From assembly GCF_030684315.1 (NCBI RefSeq), contig NC_081354.1, forward strand, positions 53,968,259 to 54,032,258: DNA of 64,000 nucleotides, given 5' to 3'. The notes beneath the pieces were generated by a model. It did no database searches. It was not told the DNA's origin and saw nothing but the letters and a program-made list of their open reading frames with translations. The position numbers and the translations under genes are program-made. This document shows positions 12,290 to 25,000 of the stretch, one piece after another. The number at the start of each line of letters is the position of its first letter. The stretch's first letter is position 1. This DNA is from Stegostoma tigrinum. Taxonomy: Eukaryota.

Positions 12290-13434
12290 TTTTATGGAGA
12301 TTTCATATTTTTTCTTTAATTTCTAATCTCTCAATGTGCTATTGAGAAGATTAAGGCATGAATATTCAAGTCGAAAATGTTTGTGAATTCCTGAATGTAT
12401 TAAAACATGCAAACCATTCAAACATTGGGCAGATTTTTACTATGGCTATGGGACTTCCATATGGGGACTAAATGAGAGCCCGAGCTCTCTGTTTTAGCTG
12501 TGGGACTGAATCGACAGTTTCCAGCATGTGGCCTCACAATTAACCACTTCCAACTATGGACCAGCAGATCAGGAGTCAACCCATCATCCCCGACTGGATA
12601 CAATCAGAGAGCTGGGAACTAGACTCTTAGCAGTTCTGTCTGGAAAGGTGGGTGCTCATGGAAGCATGTCTGACAAGATAATTTTATAAAGGCTCTGAGA
12701 GACCACCAAGGAAGCCCTTTGGCTGGAATGTTTGGACTAAAGGAGCTACCTTTCCCTCATGTGGCAATGACAGTGAGCCACAGAATCTATGGGACCAATT
12801 GCTCCTGGGTTACCACAGAGGGATGCCTCCAGAAATAATGGGTGGGCCACTCTGTAACAAGAAAATCGTTGGAAAAATCTATTCTATTTGGTCATCCCAT
12901 ATTTAGATCAACTGCTTGCCTCTGCAATTTCATTCTCAAAAGCTTCACTGTGGAGGGAATAAGTCAGGGAGATCTCCTGAAAGGCTTTCTCCTATTCTCT
13001 TACTTCGCCTCCAATTCTATCACCATGGAACCATGGAACCAATATGCCCAATGTCAAAATAATTTGCATTGTTGATTGAGTGTTGAACATGGAATCTTCC
13101 ATTTACAACAGCCCCCATTATAACTGAACCACCAGGCAGGATATGGACAATCTTGGATCTAAGGCCTTTTTTATATTGGCCCAATTTCACTATGCATTAA
13201 TTTTACAAAATTTTACAGTATATGGAACAGGTGTCCAATCTCAAACTATGCAATTCCTTTTAGAAAACTTGTGTTAAAATAATATCATTTTTCAAGCTGC
13301 CACAATTCACTTGTGGGACAAGTAACCAGTTTTGTCTTTTTTTAAATTATTTCATGGTGTGCATGGATCATTGGCTTGTCCAACATTTTTTGCCTGTCTC
13401 AGATTGCCCTTCAACAGTTAATGGTGAGCCACCT

Positions 13435-14200
13435 TACAGTCACAGAGTCATACAACATGGAAACAGAGCCATGGAAACATGAGCCCAACTCATGTGTGCT
13501 GACCAGACATTCCAATATGACTTGGTCTCATTTGCCAGAATTTGTCTCATATTCCTCTAAACCCTTCCTCTACATGTACATATCCGGACACCTTTTAAAT
13601 GTTGTAATTGCACCTGTCTCCACCACTTCCTCTGGCAGATCAATCATACATGCACCGCCTTCTGCATGAAAAAGCTGCCCCTCAAGTCCCTTTTAAATCT
13701 TTCTCCTCCTACCTTAAATCTATGCTCTCTTGTTTTTGATTCTGCCAGCTTCGGGGAAACACCTTAACTATTCATCCTATCCTTGCCCCTCATGATTTTA
13801 TAAACTTCTATAAGGTCACCCTTCAGCCTCCAATACTCCAGGGAAGAAAGGCCCCAGTTTATTTAGCCTGTCCCTATAGCTGAAACCCTCCAGACCCCAC
13901 AACATCCTTGTAAATCTTTTCTGCATCCTCTTAAGTTTAACAACTTCCTTCCTATGGAAGGCTGACCAGAAATGTATGCGGTATTCCAAAAGTGAACTCA
14001 CCAATGTCCTGTACATCCACAACATGACATCCCAACTCCTATTCTCAATGTTATGACTAATGAAGGCAAGCACGCCAAATGCCTTCTTCAGCACTCTGTC
14101 TCCCTGCAACTCTACTTTCAAGGAAATGTCCACCTGCATCACTCGGTCCCTTTGTTTGGCAACTCTCCCAGCAGTCCAACTGGTGTAGGTACATGCACAT
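13435..14200 (-). mobile_element. CR1-clade LINE 3' fragment
   Basis: Peptide KKAFGVLAFI...MYRTLVSSLLEYRIHFW...MQKRFTRML; CR1-type 3' end. Confidence 0.82.
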
Positions 14201-14388
14201 GCTTTTGGGTGGGATTTCCAGGGTTTTGAGGACAATGAAAGGTTGATGGTATAGTTCCAAATCATGGCCGAGGAGACGGGTTGCTATACTATTAGGAAGG
14301 CCTCAGCTCATTGGCTGAGCAACCTGTCAATCTGGATGGTCTATACCCGAAGCAACCAATCTGGTGCACAGAACATCCTGACTAACAG

Positions 14389-15807
14389 AGACAGAAAACT
14401 ACAGATGCTGGAATCCAAGGTGGGCAAACAGGAGAATACAGAAGGTCAGGCAGCTTCTGGATGACAGGAGCAGTCAATGTTTCAGGTTTTACCCTTCTTC
14501 AGGATCAAATGTGGGCAAAGGGGGAGCTGCAGATAAAGGTGGGGGGAATGGGATGGAGGCAGAATAGTGGTGATAGGTGGGCTCTGCTGGTAGATATGAC
14601 CTGGTTGGTCGATGGGAGGGATGAGTCTGGTTGGTAGCTAGAAGGGTCGGTCAGGAAGTGGAATGGAAGGGAGGAGGTGGGGCTCAAAGGGCAGCTGGGG
14701 GATGGGTGGGAAGGTTATTTGAAACTAAAGAATTCAATATTGAATCCTCTGGGCTCCTAGGCAGAAGATGAGGTTGTGTTCCGAGTCGCTGCGACAACTG
14801 GAGGAGGCCAAGGATGGACATGTCAGAGGGAATAGGACAGGGAATTGAAATGTGTGGTGACTGGGAGGTTAGGTTGACCGTTACAAGCCACATGAAGTTT
14901 CTCGGCAAAGCAGTCACCTAGTCTACATTTGATCTTACCGATGTAGAGAAGACCACATTGGGAGCATTGGATGGAGTAGACTAGGTTGGAGGTCCTTGCA
15001 AATCATCATCCAACACTTCCACCAAGTGCATTTACACCCCACCACCTGGAACATCTTCCACTCCCCACCCATCTCTGCCTTCTGCAAGGAACATTCCCTT
15101 TGGCACTCCTTAATTCACGCCACACTCCCCGCCAACTATGCCAACCCTCCCAGTAACTTCCCCTGTAACCATAAAAGCTGCAACACCTGCCCACACACCA
15201 TCTCCTTCATCTCCATTCAGGGCCCAAAACAGTCTTTCCAGTGAGATAGAGCGTCACCTGCATCCCCTCCAACCTAGTCTATTGCATCCGGTTGTCCCAA
15301 TATGGCCTTCACTATATCAGTGAGACCAAACGTAGATGCTTCACCAAACATCTCTGCCTGGCCTGTAATGGCCAACCTAACTTCCTGCTCACTGCCCATT
15401 TCAATTCCCCATTCCACTCTCCATCCGACATATCCATCCTCGGTCTCCTCCAGTGTCATAGCGACTCAGAACTCAAATTTGAAGAACAACACCTTATCTT
15501 GCGCCTGGCCACCCTACAGCCTGGAAGATCCAACACTGAGTTCTCCAATTTCAAATAACCTTGCCACCCATCCCCCACCTCCCCTTCCAGCCCCACCTCC
15601 CCCTTTCCAGCCACCTACCAGATTCATCCCTCCCATGGACCGAACAGGTCATACCTACCACCAGTGTCCACCTATCACCACCATTTATGTGCAGCTTCCC
15701 CTGCCCCCACAGCCCTGAAGATGGGTAATACCCTGAACCATTGACTGTTGCTTTCCCCCAGATGCTGCCTGGCCTGCAGTGTTCTTCCAGTCTCCTGTTT
15801 GTCTATT
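14389..15807. mobile_element. Penelope-like insertion made of two inverted 3' fragments (about 14389-14995 minus, 14996-15807 plus)
   Basis: GIY-YIG-region peptides on both strands (DMSILGLLQ; YISETKR...HFNS...EQHLILRL); terminal repeats at both outer ends. Confidence 0.75.
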
Positions 15808-16349
15808 CTGATTGACAGGTTCATCAGCCAGTGATATTTGTTGATGTTAACTGTCCAGCAAGTGGGCGTGTAGCATGAGCCCACCAGTGATGACTTCAAC
15901 AACTTTCCTCACTTTCATGGTATGAGTATTGGTCACGTGTGGCAAGACTGTGAAGGGGAGTCATCATGATGGCCTTTGGGTGCCTGTCTTGCTTCAAAAT
16001 GATGACAGAGAGATTGTTGCAGCAAAGGGATGACAAGGGAAGAAAACATCATGACATAGTGCTAAGATAGTGGGCATCTAGCCAATATGATGTTTTGGAT
16101 ATGCTCACACACCAACCACATGCTGAGTGAGTATTTAGCCAACTTGATTTCATTATACCTCCCCAGTGAGATGTGGCCTGCAATGTTCTTTTGAAGGCTG
16201 TTAGGTCCATGATGAAGCTTTGGCAAAGCCAAAGTTATGTAGCTGCCTGCTTCTCCTGTGTCTATTTAGAGAAAGGGCGGTGAAACCCCTCTCCTGATAT
16301 TCTGTGCTTCTGTGTCCTCTTATATAGATGGAAATGAATGGCAAACTGA

Positions 16350-17510
16350 AAGATCTCAGAGACAAAAATAGAAATGGCTAGTAAAACTCAGTAGGTATGG
16401 GACCATCTGTGGGAAGAAAGCAGTGTTCACATTTCAAGTCCATACATTCCAGAACTCATAGCAGCTTGGAAGAGGTGGTATTTATGCTGAAGATGAGTTT
16501 GGTCAGAGGGGTGTGGGTGTGGGTGGAGGGACAGGTGAGCAGATGGATGCTGAGAGAGGGAGAGAGGGAGAGAGAGAGAGATATGGCGGGGATTATAGAC
16601 TGCAGGCAAGGCCAGAAGAGAAGTTGAATAAGTAATAATGAGGTGAGAGTAGGAGAGAATGGGTAAGCTGTGCTGAAAGCAAAACAAGTCATGACAGGAC
16701 CAGTGCATCGGGTGGGTAAAAAAAAATAGAAGGATAGAATCATACTGTCAAATTATTGAACTTAAAGTGTGTCCTAGAGGCGACAGGATCCCCAAGTGGA
16801 AAATGAGATGTTGTTCTTCATGCTTGCACTGACGCTCCCTGGAACACTTCAGCAGGCCTGAGGCAAAAGGACTGCTGTGGGAACACAGTGGTGTGTTGAA
16901 GTTGCAGGCAACTGAAAACTCTGGGTCATTTTGTGGACACAGTGTAGGTATTCTGCAAAGCAGTCGCCCAGTCTGCATGTCGTTTCCCCAATGATGAGGA
17001 GAGCACATTGTGAGCAGTGAATGCAGTAGACTAGACTGAGGGAAGTGCAGACGAATCACTGCTTCACCTGGAAGGTATATCTGGGGCGTGGGTTAGTGAG
17101 CAGGGTCGAAGCAAACGGGTTGGTGTTACACCTTCTGCAATTGCATAGAAAAGTACTATGGGGGTGTGGTGGGAGCAGGTGTTATGGATGAAGGAGGAAT
17201 GGACCAGCATGTTCCAGAGGGAATGGTCCCTGCAGGAGGTTGACAAAGGAGAGAGGAGAATATAGGTCTGGTTGTGGCATCCTGTTGGAGGTGGCTAAAG
17301 ATTTTTTGGTTGAGAAAGCTAGTAAGGTGGTAAGTGGGGACCAGAGGGACCCTATCACTGTTATGGGAGGGAAGAAAAGGGACAAGGGATGAAGTGTAGG
17401 AGATGGTTTGGACATGGATGAGGGCCCTGTCAACAGCAGTGCTGGGGAATCCTTGGTTAGGATAAAAGGTAGACATTTATGAGGAACTCCTGTGGAAGGT
17501 GGCATTGTTA
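16350..17510 (-). mobile_element. Degenerate Penelope-like 3' fragment
   Basis: Peptides GFPSTAVDRAL...RVPLVPTYH and EEQHLIFHLG; terminal repeat near 16350-16460. Confidence 0.7.
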
Positions 17511-18636
17511 AGACAGATATTTACAATTTCAGCATGGAAGGACCCATTTATGTAGAAATTGAGGGAGATGTCTTCCTTGATGGCTACTCACTCACTGCTC
17601 TGATATTGCATGTCCAACCTGAAGACCTGATGTTCAGCCACCATCTCTTGGTAAAATGTAGCCACTGCAGAGACTGTACTTGGTTGAGGGGGTGGTAGAA
17701 GTTTTTTTTCTGAAAATCCCAAGTGGGTAAGATCTCTTGCAGAAAGCTGGTCTTCTCCTCCTTTCTCTGTGAGCAGTTTGTCTTCTATACCTCTTTGGCT
17801 GTGAGGGAACCAAAGGGGAGCCAAGATGATTGCTATTGAGAGTGTAGTTAACTGAAGCTGTCAGAGGGCTTTCAGAAACACAGAATGTATTCACAATATT
17901 CAGGCACCATTCTCCACCAACAAGCAATTTTTCAAACTCCTTCAAAAATGCAGGACATTCTCCAATTCTACAGCAGCAAGCCCAGAATCAATTGACATTC
18001 AATTGCCATTGCAGAATCCCTCACTGTCAACATCCTGGGTGTTACCATGAAAAAGAAAGTGCACTGGACCAACCATATAAATGCCGTGGCTACAAGAGCA
18101 CATCAGAGACTGCAAGTTTTGCTGTGGGTAATTCTTCTCCTGTCTCCCCAATGCCTATCATTTATCTACAAGATACATGTCAGGAATGTGATGGAATACT
18201 GCCCATGTGCCTGGATGAATGTACTCCCAATAACACTCAAGAATCTTGACCCACCATTCATGGCAAAGCAACTCACTTGATTGGAACCCCATCCACCACC
18301 TTCAATGTTTACTTTCTTTACCACCAATGCATATTAGCAGCAGTGTGCACCATGTACAAGATGCTCAGCGTATCTCTACCAAAGCTACTTCAATAGCAGC
18401 TTTCAAACTCACACCAGCTATGACCTAAGAGGACAAGGGCAGCAAATATACGTGCACATCACTACCTACATCTCCAATACTAAGATGTGATCTTTTGATT
18501 GGACAACACTTACTGAACAATTCCAATAACACTAACAATTGCATTATCAACCAGTTAAAAATTACAATGTGACTCACTTGCACTTGCTAAAAGCCACATA
18601 TATTTATTCATAGGGCCAGCCCCTTTGGGAAAGGGA

Positions 18637-18985
18637 GGAGGTGATGACCTAGTGGTATTATAGCCGAACTGTTAATCCAGAGACCCAGATAATGTTCCGG
18701 GGAGCTGGGTTCAAATTCCGCCACAGCAGATGGTGGAATTTGAAATCAATAAAATATCCTGTATTAAGAATATAATGATGACTGTGAATCCATTGTCAAA
18801 TGTTGGAAAAAACCGATCTGGTTCAGTAATGTCCTTTAGGGAAGGAAACTGCCATCCTCACCTGGTCTGGCCAAGGTGTGACTCCATATGTTGACTCTGA
18901 ATTTCCCTCTGGGCAATTAGGGATGGGCAATAAATGCTGCCTAGCCGGTGATGTCCTCATCTTGTTAATGAATAAAAGAAAAAAA
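18637..18985 (+). mobile_element. Second tRNA-derived SINE family (SacSINE-like; family name tentative)
   Basis: tagtggt A-box, gggttcaaattcc B-box, ggaaggaaactgccatcct core, gggcaattagggatgggcaataaatg tail; related copies at about 39397-39745(+), 8010-8340(-), 19590-19910(-), 35400-35720(-), 46225-46500(-). Confidence 0.65.
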
Positions 18986-21240
18986 AAATCCAATCCATTA
19001 AGTTGTGTAATGGATAACAGTAGTGACAGCTGGGTCCATGGGAATCCCACTGCTATACCATCTAATGGGGAATAGGTAATTTCATTAAAAATGAAAGTCA
19101 ATTTTGTGAGTTGTTAAGTTCATATGTTTAACAAATACATATACAAGAACCTATCGAATTTGCTATGATTTACCTTTCTCTGCTTTTACATTATTCATTG
19201 ATTCTCTTTTAATTCTAAGTCTCACTCAGTTCAAAGCCATGAATTCTCTCTGTTAGGTTTAAAGTATCACACTCTATTGGATGAGCAGGGTAATTTATTT
19301 GAGTGTCCAAAATGTGTCCAGTGAAGACAGCCATAGATTAGAAGGCACACCTCATGCTAAATGCAACTTATTAGAAGTTGAAAGGGAATTATTTAATGGT
19401 GGGGGGGTGTAGCGCAAAGTTGATCACTGTATCGAATAGATGGCTGATAGGCTTTGGGGAGACAGGAGAAAGGTAAATAATTGAGAGATAAGATCAAGTT
19501 TATGTCCATGGGAATTGATGGCTTTGTTATTGGATCTTTGCACTGGAGATGACAAAAAAAATCAGAAATCTCTGGTTGAACTTTCTTTTATTTCTGCATT
19601 CGATATGGGCATTACAAACAAAGCTAATCTTTCTTCATCATTCCTCAATTCTCTCGAACTGAATCTGGAGCTACATGGAAGTCATACCAGGTAAGGACAG
19701 CAAATTTCCTTCTACAAAGGATATCCGTGAGCCAGATCTTTTTAATGTCAACAAATAATGGTCACCATGACTAGGTTTGGAATCCAAATCCGGAGTTTAC
19801 TCATGAATTGAATTTAAATGTCATGAGTTACTTTAGCGGCACTTGAACCTGTGACCCCTGAATCTGTGCATCCAGATTGCAAGTCCTCTGACAGTACCAA
19901 TATGCCTCTTCACCCCTTGAAGGAGCTGTTGGTTAAAATACTCAAAAGAAGTTTTGAAACTTTGCATACAATTATCTCCACCATAAAATTGATTATTTCT
20001 TCCTGCTATCCTCATTAAACTCTCCGTCTCAGCTGTCCTTATTGATATTTGCATCTAGGCAATGAGTGTTAGATGGTCCTTTTCTATTCTAAGGGACATT
20101 AAATCTAAATAAAAGCTATTTTTCTCCTTGCTTGATCATCAAATATCCCAAATCCTTGCAAATGAAATACTTTTGAAGTGAAGTCAGGGACAATTAGGGA
20201 TGGGCAACAAATCTTACCCTTAACAAGAACATCCACATTCCATGAAAGAATGAATGTGAAACGTGACAGTAGGAAGGTATGAAATGAGGCAATTAATTTG
20301 TATCCAATCAAGGAAAACTGGAATAAGTACTGTCCAAGGCAGTAGGGTAACCCCTTTACTCTTCTTCATAGGAGTGCCATGTAATATAACAGGACAGAAA
20401 GTATCTTGTTTTAATGCATCATCTGAAAGAAAGCACCTCCAACCATGCAACATTCCCTCAGTAATGCACTAGAGTGTTTTCCTGCTATTATGACAAGTCA
20501 AATATAAATCTTCAGGGCATTAGGACAGGCTTATGGTAATGCCATGGATCAGCATCCCACATGGTATAAGTTGCACCGTGTGGGGCTAGATTCAGGTAGA
20601 GCAAAGATGAATCGATAGATAAGATGAAATTGGATTTGATTAACAACAAAAGGCACAGTAGAGAATATATTTTCAATAACATATTAGTAATATTAGAGCC
20701 TGCTATATGTCAGGTTACCATATATTTAGTACTGATGTGCAACAAAACAAAGTTCTAAAGAAGCATTTTTTTAAAAACAGTTCTTGACCTTGCCTTCTCT
20801 TTGACCAGTCTGCCTTGAAACCCAAACTCTTATACGTAGCACAAAACTACATGACAAAAGTGACTCCATAATCTTCTAACTGGGGGGCATGGCTGTTACT
20901 TAGCTGGACTGTAACCTTCACATGACATGCAATTAAGACCAATTCTTTCGCCACTTGCATTATGCCTTCCAGAAGGAGTCAATGAATACTAAGACTAAGG
21001 ATAATCTTTGGTGGTTTTTGATATTGTATCTGTGTCCCTACTGAAACCCTCTAAGTTCATTGCATCAAATTGCTTTTTAGTCTTCAAGGCTTTGTACCAT
21101 TTTGAAGATATGGACCTTGGATGCCCAATTACGAAACTGTTTATATTTGGATATGTATTCTTGATGGTATTTGAATGAAAAATGAATGAATGATGAAGAC
21201 ATTGTTCATGATTATCTGTTAGATGGAAGAAGGTTATCCA

Positions 21241-21246
21241 TTTATT
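21241..21246 (-). terminator. Putative FGA (alpha-E) polyadenylation signal
   Basis: tttatt on + strand = AATAAA on - strand, about 140 nt after the exon 6 stop. Confidence 0.55.
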
Positions 21247-21384
21247 CAATGTTGGTGCAGATCTTTTAACAATTTTTTCAAGTGTTCCGATAGTTCAGAT
21301 GATGTAAAGAGGTCAATTTTTTCGTGCAAGTGAAACATAAAACTTGCAATAACCTTTGAATAACTGACTACAGAAACCGTTTGT

Positions 21385-22085
21385 CTAACTTGTTGGTCGG
21401 ATTTTTGCTCTTACCACCTTAAGGGAGTAGTCGCTACCTTTGAAGGGGACCCATACCACCCCATTTTCTATTTCGTACGGCATGTTGTTACGAGGATCAT
21501 ACAATCCCCCCTGGTAGTAAATTCCATTTAGATTAGCTGACTGACAACTATTGTACCACCAGCCTCCTCCAAAAAATTTTGCACAGTTCTCCTCCCATTT
21601 ATCGTTATCTCTGTCATAAGTACTAAATTTCATATTTGCATGGGAGGTATATTCACTATCTAACGGCAGCCCTGCTACTAATGCATCCCCAGCATTTCCT
21701 CCATAACTGCCAATGTTTAGACGATAGCTTTCTGATTCAGAACTCACAGTTACAGTGTATTCAGCAAATGCCTCATTCCCTGACCAGTCCTCTAGCTCTA
21801 TACGCAAGATGCTTTCCTTCTGTGTGAGTAAATGGAGGACTTCATTTCCCAGCCAGATGTTTCCATGGCCTTGTTTGTCAATGTTACCAAATCCCTGTCT
21901 GTAGTCATCCCAGGATCGGTTAAAGTTAGCTGATCCATTCATTCGCTGCTGAACCAGCACCCAACCACCCAGTTCAGTGCTCTGATCACAGTAAACTGTT
22001 ACAACGTCAGCAGAGCCAGTAGGTTTTATCTTGAATAAACCATTTTCATCACCAGACGCATGCTTTTGCATGATGTCCATGCAAT
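21385..22085 (-). CDS. FGA: FGA exon 6 (alpha-EC globular fibrinogen-related domain)
   Basis: DCMDIMQK...VYCDQSTELGGWVLVQQRMNGS...KWEENCAKFFGGGWWYNSCQSANLNG...YEIENGVVWVPFKGSDYSL; single uninterrupted exon typical of alpha-E. Confidence 0.96.
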
Positions 22086-25000
22086 CTGGAAACAAACATT
22101 AAAAATGCACATTAAATTAGAAAAGGAGAGCATATGAACAGCAGTTTCAGATGGACACAAAGAAAAAAGCTACTGTTAAACATATATTCTATGCAATCTG
22201 ATTGTCAGTATCACAAATTACATTCTCCAGAAGGCTTCTTAGATATTTTTAAAAATATCAAATTCCATACCCAGCATTCATTTAGACATTTATATACCTT
22301 ACACTTTAGCAACCTATGAAATATTAATGTGTTTTTTACCGTGTTTGCAAAACAAGTAACAGACATCAATCAGAAATGCCTATCCATGGAACCATGTATA
22401 ACACAGCTCATTGATTCAATCTGCATATTGACTCTATGGAAAAAAATGCAACAAATTTTAATTTAAATTATAATTAATCATACCTTTCCCAATGTAGCCT
22501 TCAATCTTCTGCACTTTATCAATGTTAAAGCTACGGGCCTGCAAATCCACACGCTCCTCTCCACTTTCATCATCAAAAGGCAAGTTTAGTTTCAAAGTTC
22601 TTTGGGTGGTACTTGAGGATTTTGAAAAGCCCTTAGAATCGTTTGTATTGGTGGACTGATGGCTACAGCTGCTGTTAACAGATTCAGCGTGAGGTGCATT
22701 GTCTTTAGAATTTGTCACCTCTTTGGTTGAAGGGCAGGCATGTTTTCTGTTGTTAGTCATTACAGAATTCTCAAAATGCCCCAAAGTTGAATAATCGGTG
22801 AAATCACTAGAGCTGCTGTTCTTTGTTTGAGCTAAATGAGCAGAAGAGCCTTCACTTGTTTGTTGCAACGGTAATTCTTTAAAATCTGTTTGGCCTGAAT
22901 TGAGGATTGACAAATCAGAAGAAGCAGCTTGATTGACTGCCTTTGTGTCACCATGTTTGGTGAAAGTTTGATTTATGACAACTTTAGAACCAGATACAGA
23001 GTAGTTTGATTTGGTGGAATAAGAACTATATGAAGAAGTTGATTTGACTGAAACATTTATGAAAAGTGGCTCTTCAATCCTATTATCCAGGCTGCCGTGC
23101 TTTAGGGATACATACGTTTTCTCTGTGCTATTTAGTCCATGGGTTAAGGGCACAAAACTACCCTTCATGCTAATTGTATGATTGTCAACACCTTTGATTG
23201 TGGATATAATCTTTGGAGTCATTGGCGCAGAAGTTAAGAATGAATCTTCATAAAAGCCAGTATCTTGTTGTGAATTTGCATGTGGTGCATCATTTTCTAT
23301 GGTAATTAATCTAGTGTGGAGTCTAGTTCTGAATGTAGTTCGTTCCTCAGATTTCTTCATCAAACTCAGTTTGAGCTTATGTATTGGCTTGTCATTCACA
23401 ACCCTGTCCAGTTTTATGCCTGTCATTGATTGGAGGGATTTCTCCATTCGGACATTACTCTCTTTGTTGGCATTGTAAACAACTGACTTTGCGCAAGATC
23501 CTTTGCAAGATTGTATCTTGATGTCAATGTCAACCTACCAAAAAAAAAATTCAAATCAAGCAATGCCAGTCATTAATGGGAAGAATGAAATTTGGGGAGT
23601 TTCTATTTTACTCCTTGCATCACCAAAGCTTTACGGCCATGAAATTTCCAAACAGCAAGTAGATAGTGAAAGGGATAACTGATAATTCTCTTGTATGAAT
23701 TATGTTGCCTAGTCATTACTGGAGGCATACATTGATAAGCAGCACATCAATAAACTATAAAAGGAAAATGTGGACTAACTTTAGATTATTGAATGAAATT
23801 AGTCTTTGGCAGTAGCACAAAAAATGATGGTAGTGAATTAGTAGCCCATTTTACACAATGCCCACTGATTTTTCCCATTAGCTGCCCTCAAGAACAAAGA
23901 GGCCACAGATGCAAAATTAAATGTGAGCAACATGAAACAGATAGTCAATGTAAGGTCTTTACACAGAGACTTGTGAAACAATGGAGTTCACTTCCAAGGT
24001 TAGCAATTGAGACAGAAGCATGTTAACTTTGAGTGGATAAGCGATGAAGGAAATATGGGCCAAGAGATATGAGAACAAGGTGGTGAAATGTGATTGGCAA
24101 TCGGATGGAGGATAATTGCTATTATAAGTTATTGGGCCTATTTTCTCATTTTAATCTTTGGCTCTGATTTTCATAGAATGAGAGTGACTCTGCAAAGCAG
24201 ATGGGACCTAATTCTGAGATTCCCACTCCCTTCCCAATGCCCCCGATTTTCACTGAAGATGGGTAAGAGTGTGGGTGATGATTCTTCACCCAATACTCCC
24301 AAACTGGCCAGCTCCATTGCAAATGATGCACCTCTGAGCACTGTGTAGTTTTAATGGAATTGGACCCACTTTTGATGATTCATGGTTTAACGCCCCTCAG
24401 AGCAGTTATGAACCATAGTCTGGGTTTAGGAGCCTTTTGAAAGGTTCCTTCATGTTCCTACCTTCCACCTAATGGTCCATGTCAAGTCATTGGCTACTAC
24501 TGCCCATCACCCATACCCATGGAACCTTACAGATCCTACGCAAATATTGCAACATGTGCCCCACCCACACCAACCCTTCTAAAATCATTATGATGCTTGG
24601 TTAAAAACTGAAACTCTTATAATAGGATAATCTGAAGTAAGTTTGTCTATACAGGTCCAAAGTGTTGTTGACTTTGACACTTCTGAGGTAATCATTTGTC
24701 TTTTATTCCTCTAATTTTTTTTACCATTGTCTTAATGTTTATTTGCATAAGATTAAGGGATGTCAAGTGCTTAAAGCTTCTGTTATTGATACTTCAATGA
24801 CACATTTGTCAATCAGCTGTTGTTTTCCAGAAATCAATGTTTTTTAAATCAATTTCACTCTTCCGGTGTCACCATATGATTAATTGTTTTTTTCATATAA
24901 TGTACATTGTGGAAATTGGCATGGGAAATATAAGGGGCAAGGAGTGGAATGGAGCATGAGTTGGCATTGAGATAGCATGGGCAGTGAATGGGGACGTGAC

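Noticed and set aside
21385-22095. 236-aa ORF as a separate fibrinogen-like gene (FGL1/ANGPTL/ficolin type)
   Set aside because: No signal peptide; it starts at a splice acceptor in phase with the FGA exon 5 donor and matches the alpha-EC domain.
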